A DNA stretch of 63,228 bases, the filler included, from Chiloscyllium plagiosum (taxonomy: Eukaryota): assembly GCF_004010195.1 (NCBI RefSeq). It is 4 parts of one record of this genome, joined end to end, with 100 filler letters (N's around TTAATTAATTAA, not from the genome) between each part and the next. Parts side by side here need not be neighbours in the genome. Positions count along the whole stretch, not along the records: positions 1 to 26,912 come from NC_057714.1; positions 27,013 to 49,116 come from NC_057714.1; 2 more parts are not named here. One strand, 5' to 3'. The notes below the pieces were generated by a model. The model saw only the letters and a list, made by a program, of their open reading frames with translations. It was not told where the DNA came from and ran no database searches. Position 1 is the stretch's first letter. Each line of letters begins with the position of its first letter. This document shows positions 23,693-35,198 of the stretch, one piece after another. Made by a program: the position numbers and the translations under genes.

Positions 23693-24915
23693 AGTTGGAC
23701 CTGTTTACCGTCGTTCTTAGAATTTAAAATCTTAGGCTTTCAAATGTACCTCACTTTGAGGTGATCAGGATTTTTCCTTTCACCTTGGATAAGTACTTAT
23801 TAGATATTTAAAACTTTAGATTTTTCAAACTTGCTTTAGACAGTATACTAATTTATACTGCCCAGGAATGATCTTTCAACAGGCATGATTAGTGCTGCTG
23901 GGTGCAGAACACCACTTTTATCCGATTTTGCCCAATTTACAAACAACTGTTTTTAATCTCTTTTTCATAGTTATACGTTGCAATCCTTTGAAGAATTTAT
24001 CAGCTCCACATTGGCAAATATAATTAAACATTTTAGCCTGTTTGTCGTCATTATTTGTTTGGAGGGTGTTAGCTGCAGAGGTTAGACTAACATCATTCAA
24101 CTGGCTGGTTGTTGCACAATCCAGTATTTGAGATCGCATTTCACTCTGTTTTGGCTGCATTCATGTCTTTAAGATGCTTAAGTTTGCTGCAATTCAGATC
24201 CGTTTCAGACACTTGAAATTACATGAGATGCTCAATGCTTGGGCAAAGTTTATTCCAAGTAGATCACGAGCCCTGTTTGTTTCGAGTATTTCCACTGAAT
24301 TTCAATTGGTCAAGAAGCAGTTATTACTCCATTGTATTCATTTTTATTCATTCTTGAAAGACATTGGAAGTCTCCAGTGCATTCTGGAGTCTGCAGCATT
24401 ATTAATTCTAATGTCAAATTCACTTGAACTTGTACAAACTGAATAATGTTTTGATTTGGAAATGGTGAGCAAAAAATGATACGCTGGACTTTTATTTCAG
24501 TATCTTGAAGCAGGGCTTTTAATAATTGGTAACTTTTTTACAGCTTGCATTCAACATTGATGTATTTTAAGTGTAACAGATTAAACTGGAGACCTAATAC
24601 TTAGAAAATGTTAGTGTGTAAAATTGATGTATTTCAGACTAATTTAAATATAGGATGATCTTGTTTTAGAGTAAATTATGAATATAAAGATGGTTATTTT
24701 CACTGAAAATGGGTCAATGTTTGTTTGTACTTGCAATCAAATTACCTTAGGTTGCAATGGGACTGTGCTACATCATTCAATGATATTTGGAGAACAGACT
24801 CCATGTTGCAAAAGAAGTCTTGTATTTAAATGCACTTAAATCGAAACTGTATATTGCTTAAACAGATATTTATTCAATATATTTACATCACCACATTTCA
24901 CAGATGTTAATGCAT

Positions 24916-24961
24916 AATAAAATAAAGTAGCTTTTATTTCTCAAGATATTTTTAAAATAAA
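24916..24961 (+). terminator. Candidate polyadenylation signals of HIGD1A
   Basis: Clustered AATAAA at 24916-24921, 24921-24926 and 24956-24961 at the end of about 1.2 kb of repeat-free AT-rich 3'UTR-like sequence. Confidence 0.5.
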
Positions 24962-25149
24962 AACATCAAAGCAATGGAATTTGAGGCTGTTGGGTAATTA
25001 TCATCACTGATCGATATAGTACAGTAAGAATGAATTTACTTTCTCCTGATTTTACAACACTTTCGGTGTACCTAAATTGGCAAAATCTATTGTCAGATTG
25101 ATTTTAAACTGAATTTCTATGAGCTCAATTTTTGTTTAATCTTTTGAAC

Positions 25150-26361
25150 TTAGAACAATATAGCACAGAACAGGCCCTTCGGCCTTCGATGTTGATCTGA
25201 CCTGTGAACTAATCTAAGCCCATTCCCTTACACTATCCCATCATCCATGTGGTTATCCAAGGATTGTTTTAAATCTCCCTAATGTGGCTGAGTTAACTAC
25301 ACTGGCAGGCAGGGCATTCCACACCCTTACTACTGAGTGAAGAACCTGTCTCTGACATCTGTCTTAAATCTATCACTCCTCAACTTGTAGCCAAGCCCCC
25401 TAGTACAAGCTGACATCATCCTAGGAAAAAAAGACATTCATTGTCTACTTTATCTAATTCTGATTGTATGTCTCTATCAAATCCCCTCTTAGCTGCAGCC
25501 TTTCCAATGAGAACAATCCCAAGTCTCTCAGCCTTTCCTCAAGACCTTCCCTGTAGACTAGACCAGGCAACATCCTGGTAAATCTCCTCTGCACTTTTCC
25601 AATGCTTCCACATCCTTCCTGAAATATGGTGACCAGAACTGTACACAATATTCCAAGTGTGGCTGCACTAGGGTTTTGTATAGTTGCAGTGTGACATTAC
25701 AGCTCCAGAACTAAGTCCCTCTACCAATAAAACCAAACCCACTGTATGCTGTCTTAACAGCACTATCAACCTGGGTGGCAACTTTCAGGGATTCATGTAC
25801 ATGGACTCCAAGATCCCTCTGCACATCCACGCTAGCAAGAATCTTTCCATTGACTCAGTATTCTGCCTGTTCTTCCCAAAGTGAATCACCTCAAATACTT
25901 TATCTGCATTGAACTCCATTTACCACCTCAGCCCAATTCTGCAGTTTAGGCAAGTCACCCTACAGCCTGCAACATTCTTCCACACTGTCCACTACTCCAC
26001 CGACTTTAATGTCATCTGCAAACTTACTCCTACATCCACCTGTTCCTTCATCTAAGTCACTTATAAAAATGACAAACAGCAGTGGTCCCAAAACAGATCC
26101 TTGTGGCACACCACTAGTAACCAGACTGAATATTTTCCATCAACCACCACTCCCTGCCTCCTTACAGAAAGCCAGTTTCTAATCCAAACAGCTAAAACAC
26201 CCTCAATCCCATGCCTCTGCATTTTCTCCAAAAGCCTACCATGTGGAACCTTATCAAAGGCTTTACTGAAGTCTATGTACACCACATCAACTCCTCATCC
26301 ATATGCTTGGTCACCCTCTTTTTAAAAAAAAACAAAAGTTTGAGACATGACCTGCCCTTGA
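25150..26361 (-). mobile_element. CR1-like LINE RT and 3' end
   Basis: Minus strand VYIDFSKAFDKVPHGRLL and [10 protein letters not shown]; ttcta-type tail. Confidence 0.9.
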
Positions 26362-26912
26362 GCCAGCGGACGAAGGGGGCGCAGTGGTAGTCTGGCGCAC
26401 TGACCTTTACACCGCTGAAGCCAAACACCAACTCGAGGACACCTCTTCCTACTGCCCCCTCGACCATGACCCCACCCCCATCACCAAACCATCATCTCCC
26501 AGACCATACAGAACCTCATCACCTCAGGAGATCTCCCACCCACAACTTCCAACCTCATAGTCCGGGAACCCCGCACTGCCCGGTTCTACCTCCTCCCCAA
26601 GATCCACAAGCCTGGCCGACCCATTGTCTCAGCATGCTCCTGCCCCACTGAACTCATCTCTACCTACCTCGACACTGTCCTATCCCCCCTAGTCCAGGAA
26701 CTCCCCACATACGTTCGAGACACCACCCACGCCCTCCACCTCCTCCAAGACTCCCGTTTCTCCGGCCCCCAACGCCTCATCTTCACCATGGATATCCAAC
26801 CCCTCTACACCTCCATCCGCCATGACCAGGGCCTCCAAGCCCTCCGTTTTTACCTCTCCAGACGTTCCCAACAGTACCCCTCCACCGACACACTCATTCG
26901 TTTGGCCGAACT
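26362..26912 (+). mobile_element. Penelope-like element reverse transcriptase, well preserved, cut by linker
   Basis: PADEGGAVVVW...ARFYLLPKIHK...GRPIVSACSCPTELISTYLD...IFTMDIQPLYTSI. Confidence 0.85.
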
Positions 26913-27012
26913 NNNNNNNNNNNNNNNNNNNNNNNNNNNNNNNNNNNNNNNNNNNNTTAATTAATTAANNNNNNNNNNNNNNNNNNNNNNNNNNNNNNNN
27001 NNNNNNNNNNNN
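26913..27012. other. Artificial assembly linker N44-TTAATTAATTAA-N44
   Basis: Exactly 100 nt; the 12-mer has stops in all six frames; repeated identically at 49117 and 60081. Confidence 0.95.
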
Positions 27013-28266
27013 ACACACATATACATACATCCCTCATATATACATAAAATAATAACAGAAAACAACTCCAAGGGGGGGGGGGGGAGAAAATCAAATCCCT
27101 CTCCCCACCCCCCATGATAATATTAAGCAGTAAGGTAAGAAAAAAAAGGGAGGGGATATAAACCAAAACGGGGGGGGGTGGAAGGCAGACCAACATCCAT
27201 TATGTCCTACAGTTTATCTAAGAGAGTCCAAGAATTCCTTAGCCTTTTCTGGTGATCCAAAGTTATATACAGATCCTTCATGGTTAAAGCGTAACATCGC
27301 TGGGTAGCGTAAGGAGTACTGAACATGTAAGTCTCTTAAACGCTTCTTCGCCTCGTCGAATGCCTTCCTCTTTCGAACCAGAGGCGGGGAAAAGTCCTGA
27401 AATAGCATGATCTTGGATCCTTCGTAGATCATATCTTGGGGGTCTTTTCCGAGATTTCTAGAGGCTTCTAGGAGTATCTGCCTCTCCTTGTAGCTCTGCA
27501 GCCGGAACAGGACCGGGCGTGGGCGCTGGTTCGAGCCGGGCCCGCGTATTGCTACCCGGTAGGCCCATTCCACCCTTACCTGGCCTGGTCCAGCTTGCAG
27601 ATTTAAAAGTTGTGGCAGGCACTGGTCCAGGAATGCTGTAAGCTGGCCTTCCTCTTCCTGTTCGGGAATGCCCAGCAAACGAATATTTTTTCGACGTCCT
27701 CGATTATCGAGGTCGTCATTATGATTTTCCAAGGTCCGGACTCGCTGCTCGAGAGTCCGGACTTGATCCACGGCCGATTGAGCGGTTGTCTCTGAGGTCG
27801 CGGCCTTTAGCTCCGCCTCTCCGACTCGGCGTTGAATTTCTTCAATTTCACGGTCGTGCTTCTGCAGCGCGGCCGAGAGCGACTCCCAACGATTTCTGGA
27901 TTCGACGATAAAGGCATCGATCTTCGAGTCAAGCTTGGAAATCATTTCTGCAAGGCTTGTTACTGTTGGTAAGTCCCCCGGGGCGGCTGTGGACGCCTCT
28001 GCTGCAGCTGGAGAGTGTGGGGGAGGGGTTCCTGCTTGCTGAGAGCTGCGGGCTCCCTTCCCTTTAGTCATTTTAACTTAGGATTAAGTTGTTTAAATGT
28101 AATATTACACAACTAATTGAGTTACTAAACTATTATAAATGATTTATAAATGATTTATAAATGATTTGGTGAGCTTGGTAGGGGATAGGTGACCCACTGT
28201 GCCCAAGTCTTGAGAGGAGCACTATAGACTCAGTCTTACTGGGTCGCCGCCATCTTGGATCCCCCC
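27013..28266 (-). mobile_element. L1-clade LINE 5' end (5'UTR, ORF1, start of inter-ORF region)
   Basis: Starts GGGGGGATCCAAGATGGCGGC (G-run plus YY1 site 28246-28257), typical of L1 5' ends; intact ORF1 downstream. Confidence 0.85.
27214..28071 (-). CDS. L1 ORF1p (coiled coil-RRM-CTD RNA-binding protein), 285 aa, uninterrupted
   Basis: Heptad region followed by DLDNRGRRKNIRLLGIPE, RPRPVLFR, FQDFS, YPAMLR, which are hallmark L1 ORF1p motifs. Confidence 0.9.
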   Translation of the reverse strand: MTKGKGARSSQQAGTPPPHSPAAAEASTAAPGDLPTVTSLAEMISKLDSKIDAFIVESRNRWESLSAALQKHDREIEEIQRRVGEAELKAATSETTAQSAVDQVRTLEQRVRTLENHNDDLDNRGRRKNIRLLGIPEQEEEGQLTAFLDQCLPQLLNLQAGPGQVRVEWAYRVAIRGPGSNQRPRPVLFRLQSYKERQILLEASRNLGKDPQDMIYEGSKIMLFQDFSPPLVRKRKAFDEAKKRLRDLHVQYSLRYPAMLRFNHEGSVYNFGSPEKAKEFLDSLR

Positions 28267-28319
28267 TAGCAAGGTTTAATGGCAGGGAGATTTAGAAAAT
28301 GAAGTCAGCAGATTGGAAT

Positions 28320-28675
28320 TTTTTTTTATAATTCACTCCCAGGACATGGATGTCACTGGCTCAGCCATCATTTATTGACCATCCCTAATTGACCAGTTCA
28401 GAGTCGACCACTTTGCTGGAGCTTGGGAGTCACATGTAGGCCAGACCACGTACGGATGACAGCTTCATCCCCTAAAGGACATTGGTGAACCAGATGGGTT
28501 TTCTGAGAATCAGCAACGGTTTCATGTTCATCATTCGACTCTTCATGCCAGACTTTTATTGAATTCAAGTTTTACCATCTGCCGTGGCAGGATTTGAATT
28601 CTGGTCCCCAGAACATTACTTGTGTCTGGTGGATTAACAGTTCCATTGATAATATCAGTCGGCCATTGCCTCCCG
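28320..28675 (-). mobile_element. tRNA-derived SINE with LINE-like tail, diverged
   Basis: Inverted homolog of 28965-29420; tail resembles the 305-615 LINE end. Confidence 0.55.
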
Positions 28676-28964
28676 CTGTTTGCCAATGGATGAATGCCAG
28701 ATTCCTGCAGACATCCGGTGACTGAGCAACTTGTATGGTCGGGCAAAGATACCAGCAAACCAGAACCAGAACTACCAGCTTTAATCAATAAGTGGAGAAG
28801 TCAATTTATTTTTACAGAATTGGGAGATCTTTTCACTAAATGTTCTCAGAATTAAGAAGAGGCTTAATAAAATGGGAGCAAGAAGATCAAAAGACTCCTA
28901 TTAGTACAAACATTTATCACAACTCTCCAAAAGATCTTAGCTTCCCCCCCACTTACCATGAGAA

Positions 28965-29420
28965 GCTATGGCCTAGTGACTGATTTAGCAATACAGAGAT
29001 CCAGGCAACGTTCTGGGATTATGGGTTTGAATTGTACCACCAGATGGTGGAATTTGAAATGAATAAAAATCTTGAAATACAATCTTATGATATCCCTGAA
29101 ACAACTGCCAACTGTTGTAAGAACATATAGTTCATTAATATCCTTTAGTGACGGAAATCTGCTGTCCTTACCTAGCAGGTCTACATGTGGCTTCAGATTC
29201 ACAGCAATGGAAATAACACTTAATTTCCCTCTGAAATGGCCTAGCAAGTTGTATTAAACTCGGAGTTTCAAAAAGGATTGAAACATTGTGTGTCTGCCTA
29301 CACCAAGTGGACTATGGCAATTCAAGACAACAGCCCACCAACATCTTCTCAAAAAAGCTTGGGATGAGTGATAAATGTTAACACTGCCAACAATGCTCAC
29401 ATCTCACGAATGATTAAAAA
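28965..29420 (+). mobile_element. tRNA-derived SINE with LINE-like tail, diverged
   Basis: ggcctagtg...gggtttgaat head; tail ttcaagacaacagcccacc...atgattaaaaa is similar to 510-615. Confidence 0.55.
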
Positions 29421-30136
29421 GTTATGACACCTGTGTGTTTCTTTGTGGTAGAGAACACCAGAGAGGACAGAAGGTGCTTGAACACATTCCATTTGTTTGC
29501 AAAGAACAGATCCCGATGTGTAACTTATATTTTCTTGAAGCAATATACAATGTTATGAGCTTGACTGATTATTTTAAGTTGGCTGCTCGTGTAGTTATTT
29601 ATGCACACAGGATTGTTCGGCAAGTGTTGTCTTATCATGGAATTACTTTGAACCTTAGACATTTTGTTTCAATTGTTACAAGCAAGGGCTGTTTGGATGT
29701 GGTCTACACTCTGCATATTATTTTGTTAAAGATCATGCTGTTTGAATAGCTCAGGTAGTTGCTGGGAAGTGTGGGCTCCATACTTAGCATTACACCAACA
29801 CTAGAATTCATGCATCATCTTGTTCGATTGTGTGGTATGAATGTGTTACAAGCTCTGTGCCTTTCTTGAATTACTCAGTAGCTTTGGGAGTCGATAGTTC
29901 TCCTCTGCTCTCTCCATGGTAGTGCCCTAGGTAATCAGGGTCGACTCCCAATCCATGAGCACCTTATGATTGATTGATTGATTTACTGTCACATGTGAAA
30001 AGATACAGTGAAAAGTGCTGTTTTACGTGCTATACAGACAGATCATATCATACAAAGTACATCATGGTAGTAGAACAAAGTGCAGAATAAGTGTTACACC
30101 TACCGAGAAAGTGCAGGCAGAGATCAGAATTAACAT

Positions 30137-30447
30137 GTGGATCAGTGGTTAGCACTGCTACTTCACAGTGCCAGGGACTCGGTTCGATTCCAACCTCAGG
30201 CGACTATGTGCATGCTGCAGAAACATTCTCCCAGTGTCTGCATGGGTTTCCGCAGTCCAAAGATGTGCGGGTTAGGTGAAGTGGCCATGTTAAATTACCC
30301 ATAGTGTTCAGGGATGTGTAGGTTGGTTCATAGTCAGAAATAAATAAGGGATAATAAATATAGAATGGGTCTGGGTGGGTTACTCTTCGGAGGGTTGATG
30401 TGGACTTGTGGGGCCGAAGGGCCTGTTTCCACACTGTCGGGATTCTA
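30137..30447 (+). mobile_element. HE1-type V-SINE, internally deleted
   Basis: cagtggttagcactgc head, ggttcgattcc B box, standard tail. Confidence 0.8.
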
Positions 30448-30670
30448 AGAGTGCCGTTTTTTTCATGTAAAAGGGTGATCTGATCATTTAAAATCTGACA
30501 TTTTTGCACTTGTCCTGTTGAATGCAAAATGTAAAGCTTTGGTATAAGGTGCCTCTTTTCAGCAACATTCAACCTCCATACTAACAAGCAATAATTGGTT
30601 TCCTGCAAGTTCTAGAAACATGTGAAGAAGCAACAATCTTTGACCAGCTTTGGGCACAGACTGTACATAC

Positions 30671-33600
30671 CTGTAAGAAGAGCTATAACTTCTTGATCGA
30701 CTCCTCGATCGACTGGTTGACCGTGATCTCGTTCGAGAATGTGTTCTGTCTCTTGAACTGGATCTGTAATGGCCACGTGAGCTACTTCGAGACCTACTAT
30801 TGCTATCTCTGGATGGAGAGTCCTCTTCACTCGAAGTTTCTTGGTTTCTCTGCCTTTGGTTCAACCTTGCTGTCCGCCGAACTTCATCAAAAAGAGAGCC
30901 TGGTTTGACTTTATTTTTGCTTTTAATTTCTATTTTTAGCCCTTGGGGTTTGCCATCGGATTCAGTAGCCTCTACTTTAACCTCTGGATTAACTAAGGGG
31001 CTGGCTGATTGGACACTTGGTAATACTTTTAAAGGTTTCCATTTGTTACTGTCTGTTGGCTCATTTTCTGTCCTCACGCTATTTTCCATTGTACTTCCAT
31101 TGATGTCAGATGCTTGGACAACCTCAGCGCCATTTGTCTCTTTTTTATTCTGTCCAGCTTTCTCTGCTGAGTTGTCACTTTCTGATTTGATTCCTGCACT
31201 CTTCGCTCCTTTGGAACATCCAGCTTCAGAAGCAGACGCTTCTTTCTCACTGTTTTTCCGTGTTGCTGACGCAGAAGTGCATTTATCTGGGGTAGTGCTC
31301 TTCACACTTTTGCTCTGAGGGTTGGCTTTTTCTGCTGCTCCTGGTTTTGCTGCTGAGGTTTCAGCCTTTGTTGAATCACCTTTTCTCTGTTTTGGTGGCA
31401 ATTCCACTTCCTGTTTGAATCCTGAGGCACTTGTTGGAGATTCACGCAGTTCTGCATTCTCTTTGACTGGATGGCTGCCTTTTATCGAAGCAGCACAATT
31501 TGTTATTGTGTTACCCGCATCATGCCTTCCCACACAGGATAGCGTGTTCCTTACTTTAGATTTAACATCATTTATGCCAGGCCCATCGGTTTTTGTCTCT
31601 TCTTCCTCCTCTTCCCCAAACTCCAGAGGCGGCTGCCAGTGGAATTTCTCCTTCGTTTTTGGAACCTTTTTAACCTTTTTCTTCTCACTTTTCTTTTTGA
31701 ATTTAGTACTCTTTGATTTTGACTTTTTCTTACTCTTAAGTTTGTGCTTCACTTTCTTCTTTCGCCTCTTTTCATTTTCCCTTGCTGAACCTGAAGAACT
31801 GCTGGCAACAGAGGACCTTCTGACTGACGGCTGTCTGCTGCTCCCTTCGGAGTTGGACGATCCAGAAGGTTTGGCGTTGCACACCTCAGATCTTGAATTC
31901 ACTCTTCTGTTTGACAGCTTCCCTTCAGTCCCACCGCCATCATATTTCTGTACCACCTCTCCCTCCTCTGAGGTGGTCCCAGATTGCAGTTTGCTGCTTT
32001 TACTCTGTTCGGTTTCAGACTCCGTCTCGGATTTCAATCTTGGCTTTTTGGGAACTTTTTTTACAGGTTCCCCATCTTTGTTGTAAGACCCTGTGGCAGG
32101 CTTCCTTTCAGAGGATTTGTTTCTTGAAGACTTCTTCTTTGGTCGTTGCACCCTATCACTGGATGAGCCATACTTTACAGTGGCATGTTCCTTGATGGAA
32201 ATTTTGCTGGAGCGTTCACATTTTCCCTCTCCCTTTTTGCTACTGTGGCTTTTTTTGAGCGATTCTGCCTGAGAGCTTGACACATTATGTTTCTTTGATT
32301 CAACTTTTTCCTTTCCCCTCTCATACTCAAGAGACTCACTCTCGCTGGAACAGTGTGAAGATGATACATTGTGCTCCTTTTCATATTTCTTTCCAGTTTC
32401 ACGGTCTTTGTTTGCATGGTTGGCAGTAGAGGTTGCTTGCTGATCTTTACCACGTTTATTAGAAACAGGATTTTTCTTTTGAATTTTGTCAAATTTCTCA
32501 TCACTGCTAGGTACACACAGTTCTATGGACTCATATGAATGACTGGACGACTTGGAGTAAGAGGATTCATGATAAGGGGATTTAGTTGGTGACCGCGACC
32601 TGGAACTAGACCGGCTCCTTGACCTGGAATATGACCGACTCCTTGACCGGGAACTAAATCCTCTGCTCCGTGAACTCTTCCGATAGTCTGAGGTTGAACT
32701 TCGATCGCTCTCGCGGTCAGAGTTATAATGCCGTCTAGAGTCTGAATTTCTGCGTTGTTTCCGTAAAGATGGAGATAGGTCATCATCCCTCGAACATTTT
32801 GAATCTCTACTGCTCAATGTAGGTGTTGTTTCACTTAGTTTTGCCTGGGCTTCCTGGATGCGAACATAGGAAGGCTTCCAAGGCTTCTGGCCAGGCCTCC
32901 ACCTTGATGGTGGAGGGCTCTCACTTAAAGGAACTGCAGGAACAGCTTCGACTGGGGCAGTGAGTGTTACATTTTTCTCATTTTCCTTGGCAGCTACTCT
33001 TGAAGTGTCAAGTTTTGTTTGGCTGAGATTTTCGAAGTGCATTTGGGTACTTCTCCTTTGGGCGTGTCTAGATTTTGAACTAGATCTAGATGTGGATCTA
33101 CTTCTTGATGATATAGAGCTTGAGCTACACCTAGATCTGGACCTGGATCTAGACCTACACCTGGACCTAGATCTAGACCTAGACCTGGTCCTGGACCTAG
33201 ATCTGGATCTTGACCTGGTCCTTGACCTGGTCCTAGACCTGGACCGGGAACTTCCTTTGGATCGAGACCGAGACTTTGATCTTGAATAGGAGCGAGAAAC
33301 TGTACTGGCTGAAGATGATTGATGAGTGGAAGATTCAGACCATGCACTCTCTGATGAATGTCTCGAAGAGGCTGATGATGGAGATTTCTTTTCATGTTCG
33401 AAAGAAGACTTTGTCTTACAGCTTAATGAACGTGAAGATTCTAGAGGTATAGAGGTCTCCTTTGTTTTATGTTTGTGCACTTTATGTCTTCTCGAATGCT
33501 TCTGCTTCTTCGATTTTTTCTTTGCTTTGATTTTCCTCCGCTCCTTTTTAGTTCTCTTATAGTGGCTAGATTTCCGCCTGTTGCGATCGTCTGAGTAATA

Positions 33601-33673
33601 GCCATCATGTGACCAAGACCGTGACCACGGAGAAGCTGATCTGTCGCTCCACTTACGCGACTCTGATTTTAAC
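30671..33673 (-). CDS. NKTR: NKTR giant RS/K-rich coding exon (3003 nt)
   Basis: Acceptor tctgtag| and donor |GTATGT; in phase with the upstream exon; SRSWSHDGYYSD, PLSESPPPSRWRPGQKPWKPSYVRIQE, EKFHWQPPLEFGEEE, KVKPGSLFDEVRRTARLNQRQRNQE match vertebrate NKTR blocks. Confidence 0.95.
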
Positions 33674-34578
33674 CTACAGATTGAGGAAAATAAAGCTGAA
33701 TTGATTATACAATAGTAGTCTATAAAGCTAAGATTTCAACTTTAATTACTTAATTCTTAGTACAGAACATTTTCCACTCAGCTAAGTAACATTCCCAAAC
33801 AAGTACCACTGAATGATAACCTAATAAGATTTGACATTTAAAATGTGCCACTAGTCTGTACATTGTTTTGCCTGTAAAACCACATTTTCAATCGAATGCC
33901 CTTTGTGAGATTTATTTATTGAGTCTATAGGCCAGAAACAGATTTCATTATGCATATTGCGACTTAATTAAAAATTAACATTGATAGTTTAAGGACTCAG
34001 TTGGCTGGTCAGCTGGTTTGCGAGGCAGAGTATTGCCAGCGGCATACCATCAATTCCCACACTGGTTCAGGTTATCATGAAGGACTCTTCTTGCCAACCT
34101 CTTCTCTAACCTGAGGATGTGGTGACCCTCCGGTTAAACCACCAGCCGTCATCTCTCTCTAATGAGACAACAGACTTATAGCTCTCTTGAACTATGATGA
34201 CTTAAGAAACATAAGAAATAAGATCAGATATTTGGCTTTTTGAGTATACTCCACTATCTAATAGGTTCATGGTTAATTCACTGTCTCGATGGCACTTTTC
34301 TGCTCATTTCCCATTTTACACAATTTCCTTAGTGTTTTGCTTAGACAGCTTCCCAAAGAACCTAGAAGGTAAAAGAGTACTGAAGCTACAAATCAGAAGC
34401 ACGTGTTTTATTACAAAGGGATATACACAAAATATGCAACAAATAGGTGACAAAATATCTGTAGTATACTAACATGACGGATGCATACTGCTTCAAAGTT
34501 TAGCTCCTCAGAAACACAAGTACACTCAATATGTTATATTATGTACAAAGCCTCTACAAGTCTCTACAGGGCACATAC

Positions 34579-34727
34579 TTGTCTCCTTTAGTCCATTTCT
34601 CCAAACTGGCAGCACGGTAAGTTCTAACTCGCTGCATTTCTTCCTTCCAATGAGGTGGTGTTTCACTGCTTTCCTCATCCAGTTCTGATTCTGTGTGTGA
34701 TCTAGATTTTGAAGGCGTTCGATAGCG
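34579..34727 (-). CDS. NKTR: NKTR coding exon
   Basis: 149 nt, AG/GT: RYRTPSKSRSHTESELDEESSETPPHWKEEMQRVRTYRAASLEKWTKGD(K). Confidence 0.95.
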
Positions 34728-35139
34728 CTAACCCAGAGAGGAATAAAAACATACAGAAAAAAAATTTGTTTTGCAACCTTTTGATCTGAAACGATAGTTG
34801 TGATCTTCAGAATTTAATTTCTCATTCCTCTTTATTTCCTGTACCCATGACCTATTCTGCACTATGGGTCCACACTGCAAACACAGAAGGGTTTAGCAGA
34901 GTACATTTCCTAATTTCCTTCCTTTCAAACTAGCACATACCCTGCAGGTAATACTAATCACAACTCATACATGCTAAATTTACTATTCAAACCCAGTTAA
35001 GAAATAGCAACCTTTTCCATTCTGTAGAGTAGGGCAGTGCACTGCAAGAACTTTGACTGATTCTCCCTATCTCCAGATCAAACCCACCTACAAATGCCGT
35101 GTTACCAAGCCAGCCGACGACAGCTAAATGCAGCAAAAT

Positions 35140-35198
35140 GGAGGAGAAACCTGGATGCTGCCTGACCTGCTGTGCTGTTCCAGCAATAAAGTTTCAAC
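35140..35198. mobile_element. 59-bp Penelope-derived micro-insertion
   Basis: 14-bp TSD aaatgcagcaaaat (35126-35139, 35199-35212) around ggaggagaaa plus an arm fragment ggatgctgcctgacctgctg. Confidence 0.7.

Noticed and set aside
26957..26968. TTAATTAATTAA palindrome as a biological motif
   Set aside because: Centred in identical 100-nt N spacers three times; an artificial linker
28543..28788. Candidate NKTR downstream exon
   Set aside because: No RS/Y-rich NKTR C-terminal sequence in any frame; overlaps a SINE
30559..33480. 973-aa ORF as a stand-alone gene
   Set aside because: It is the internal NKTR exon; true bounds are splice sites 33673 and 30671, and the tail YVQSVPK... is intron read-through
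30800..33562. Long plus-strand ORFs (172, 254, 109 aa with DLDL repeats)
   Set aside because: Antisense shadows of the low-complexity NKTR exon; no independent protein signature
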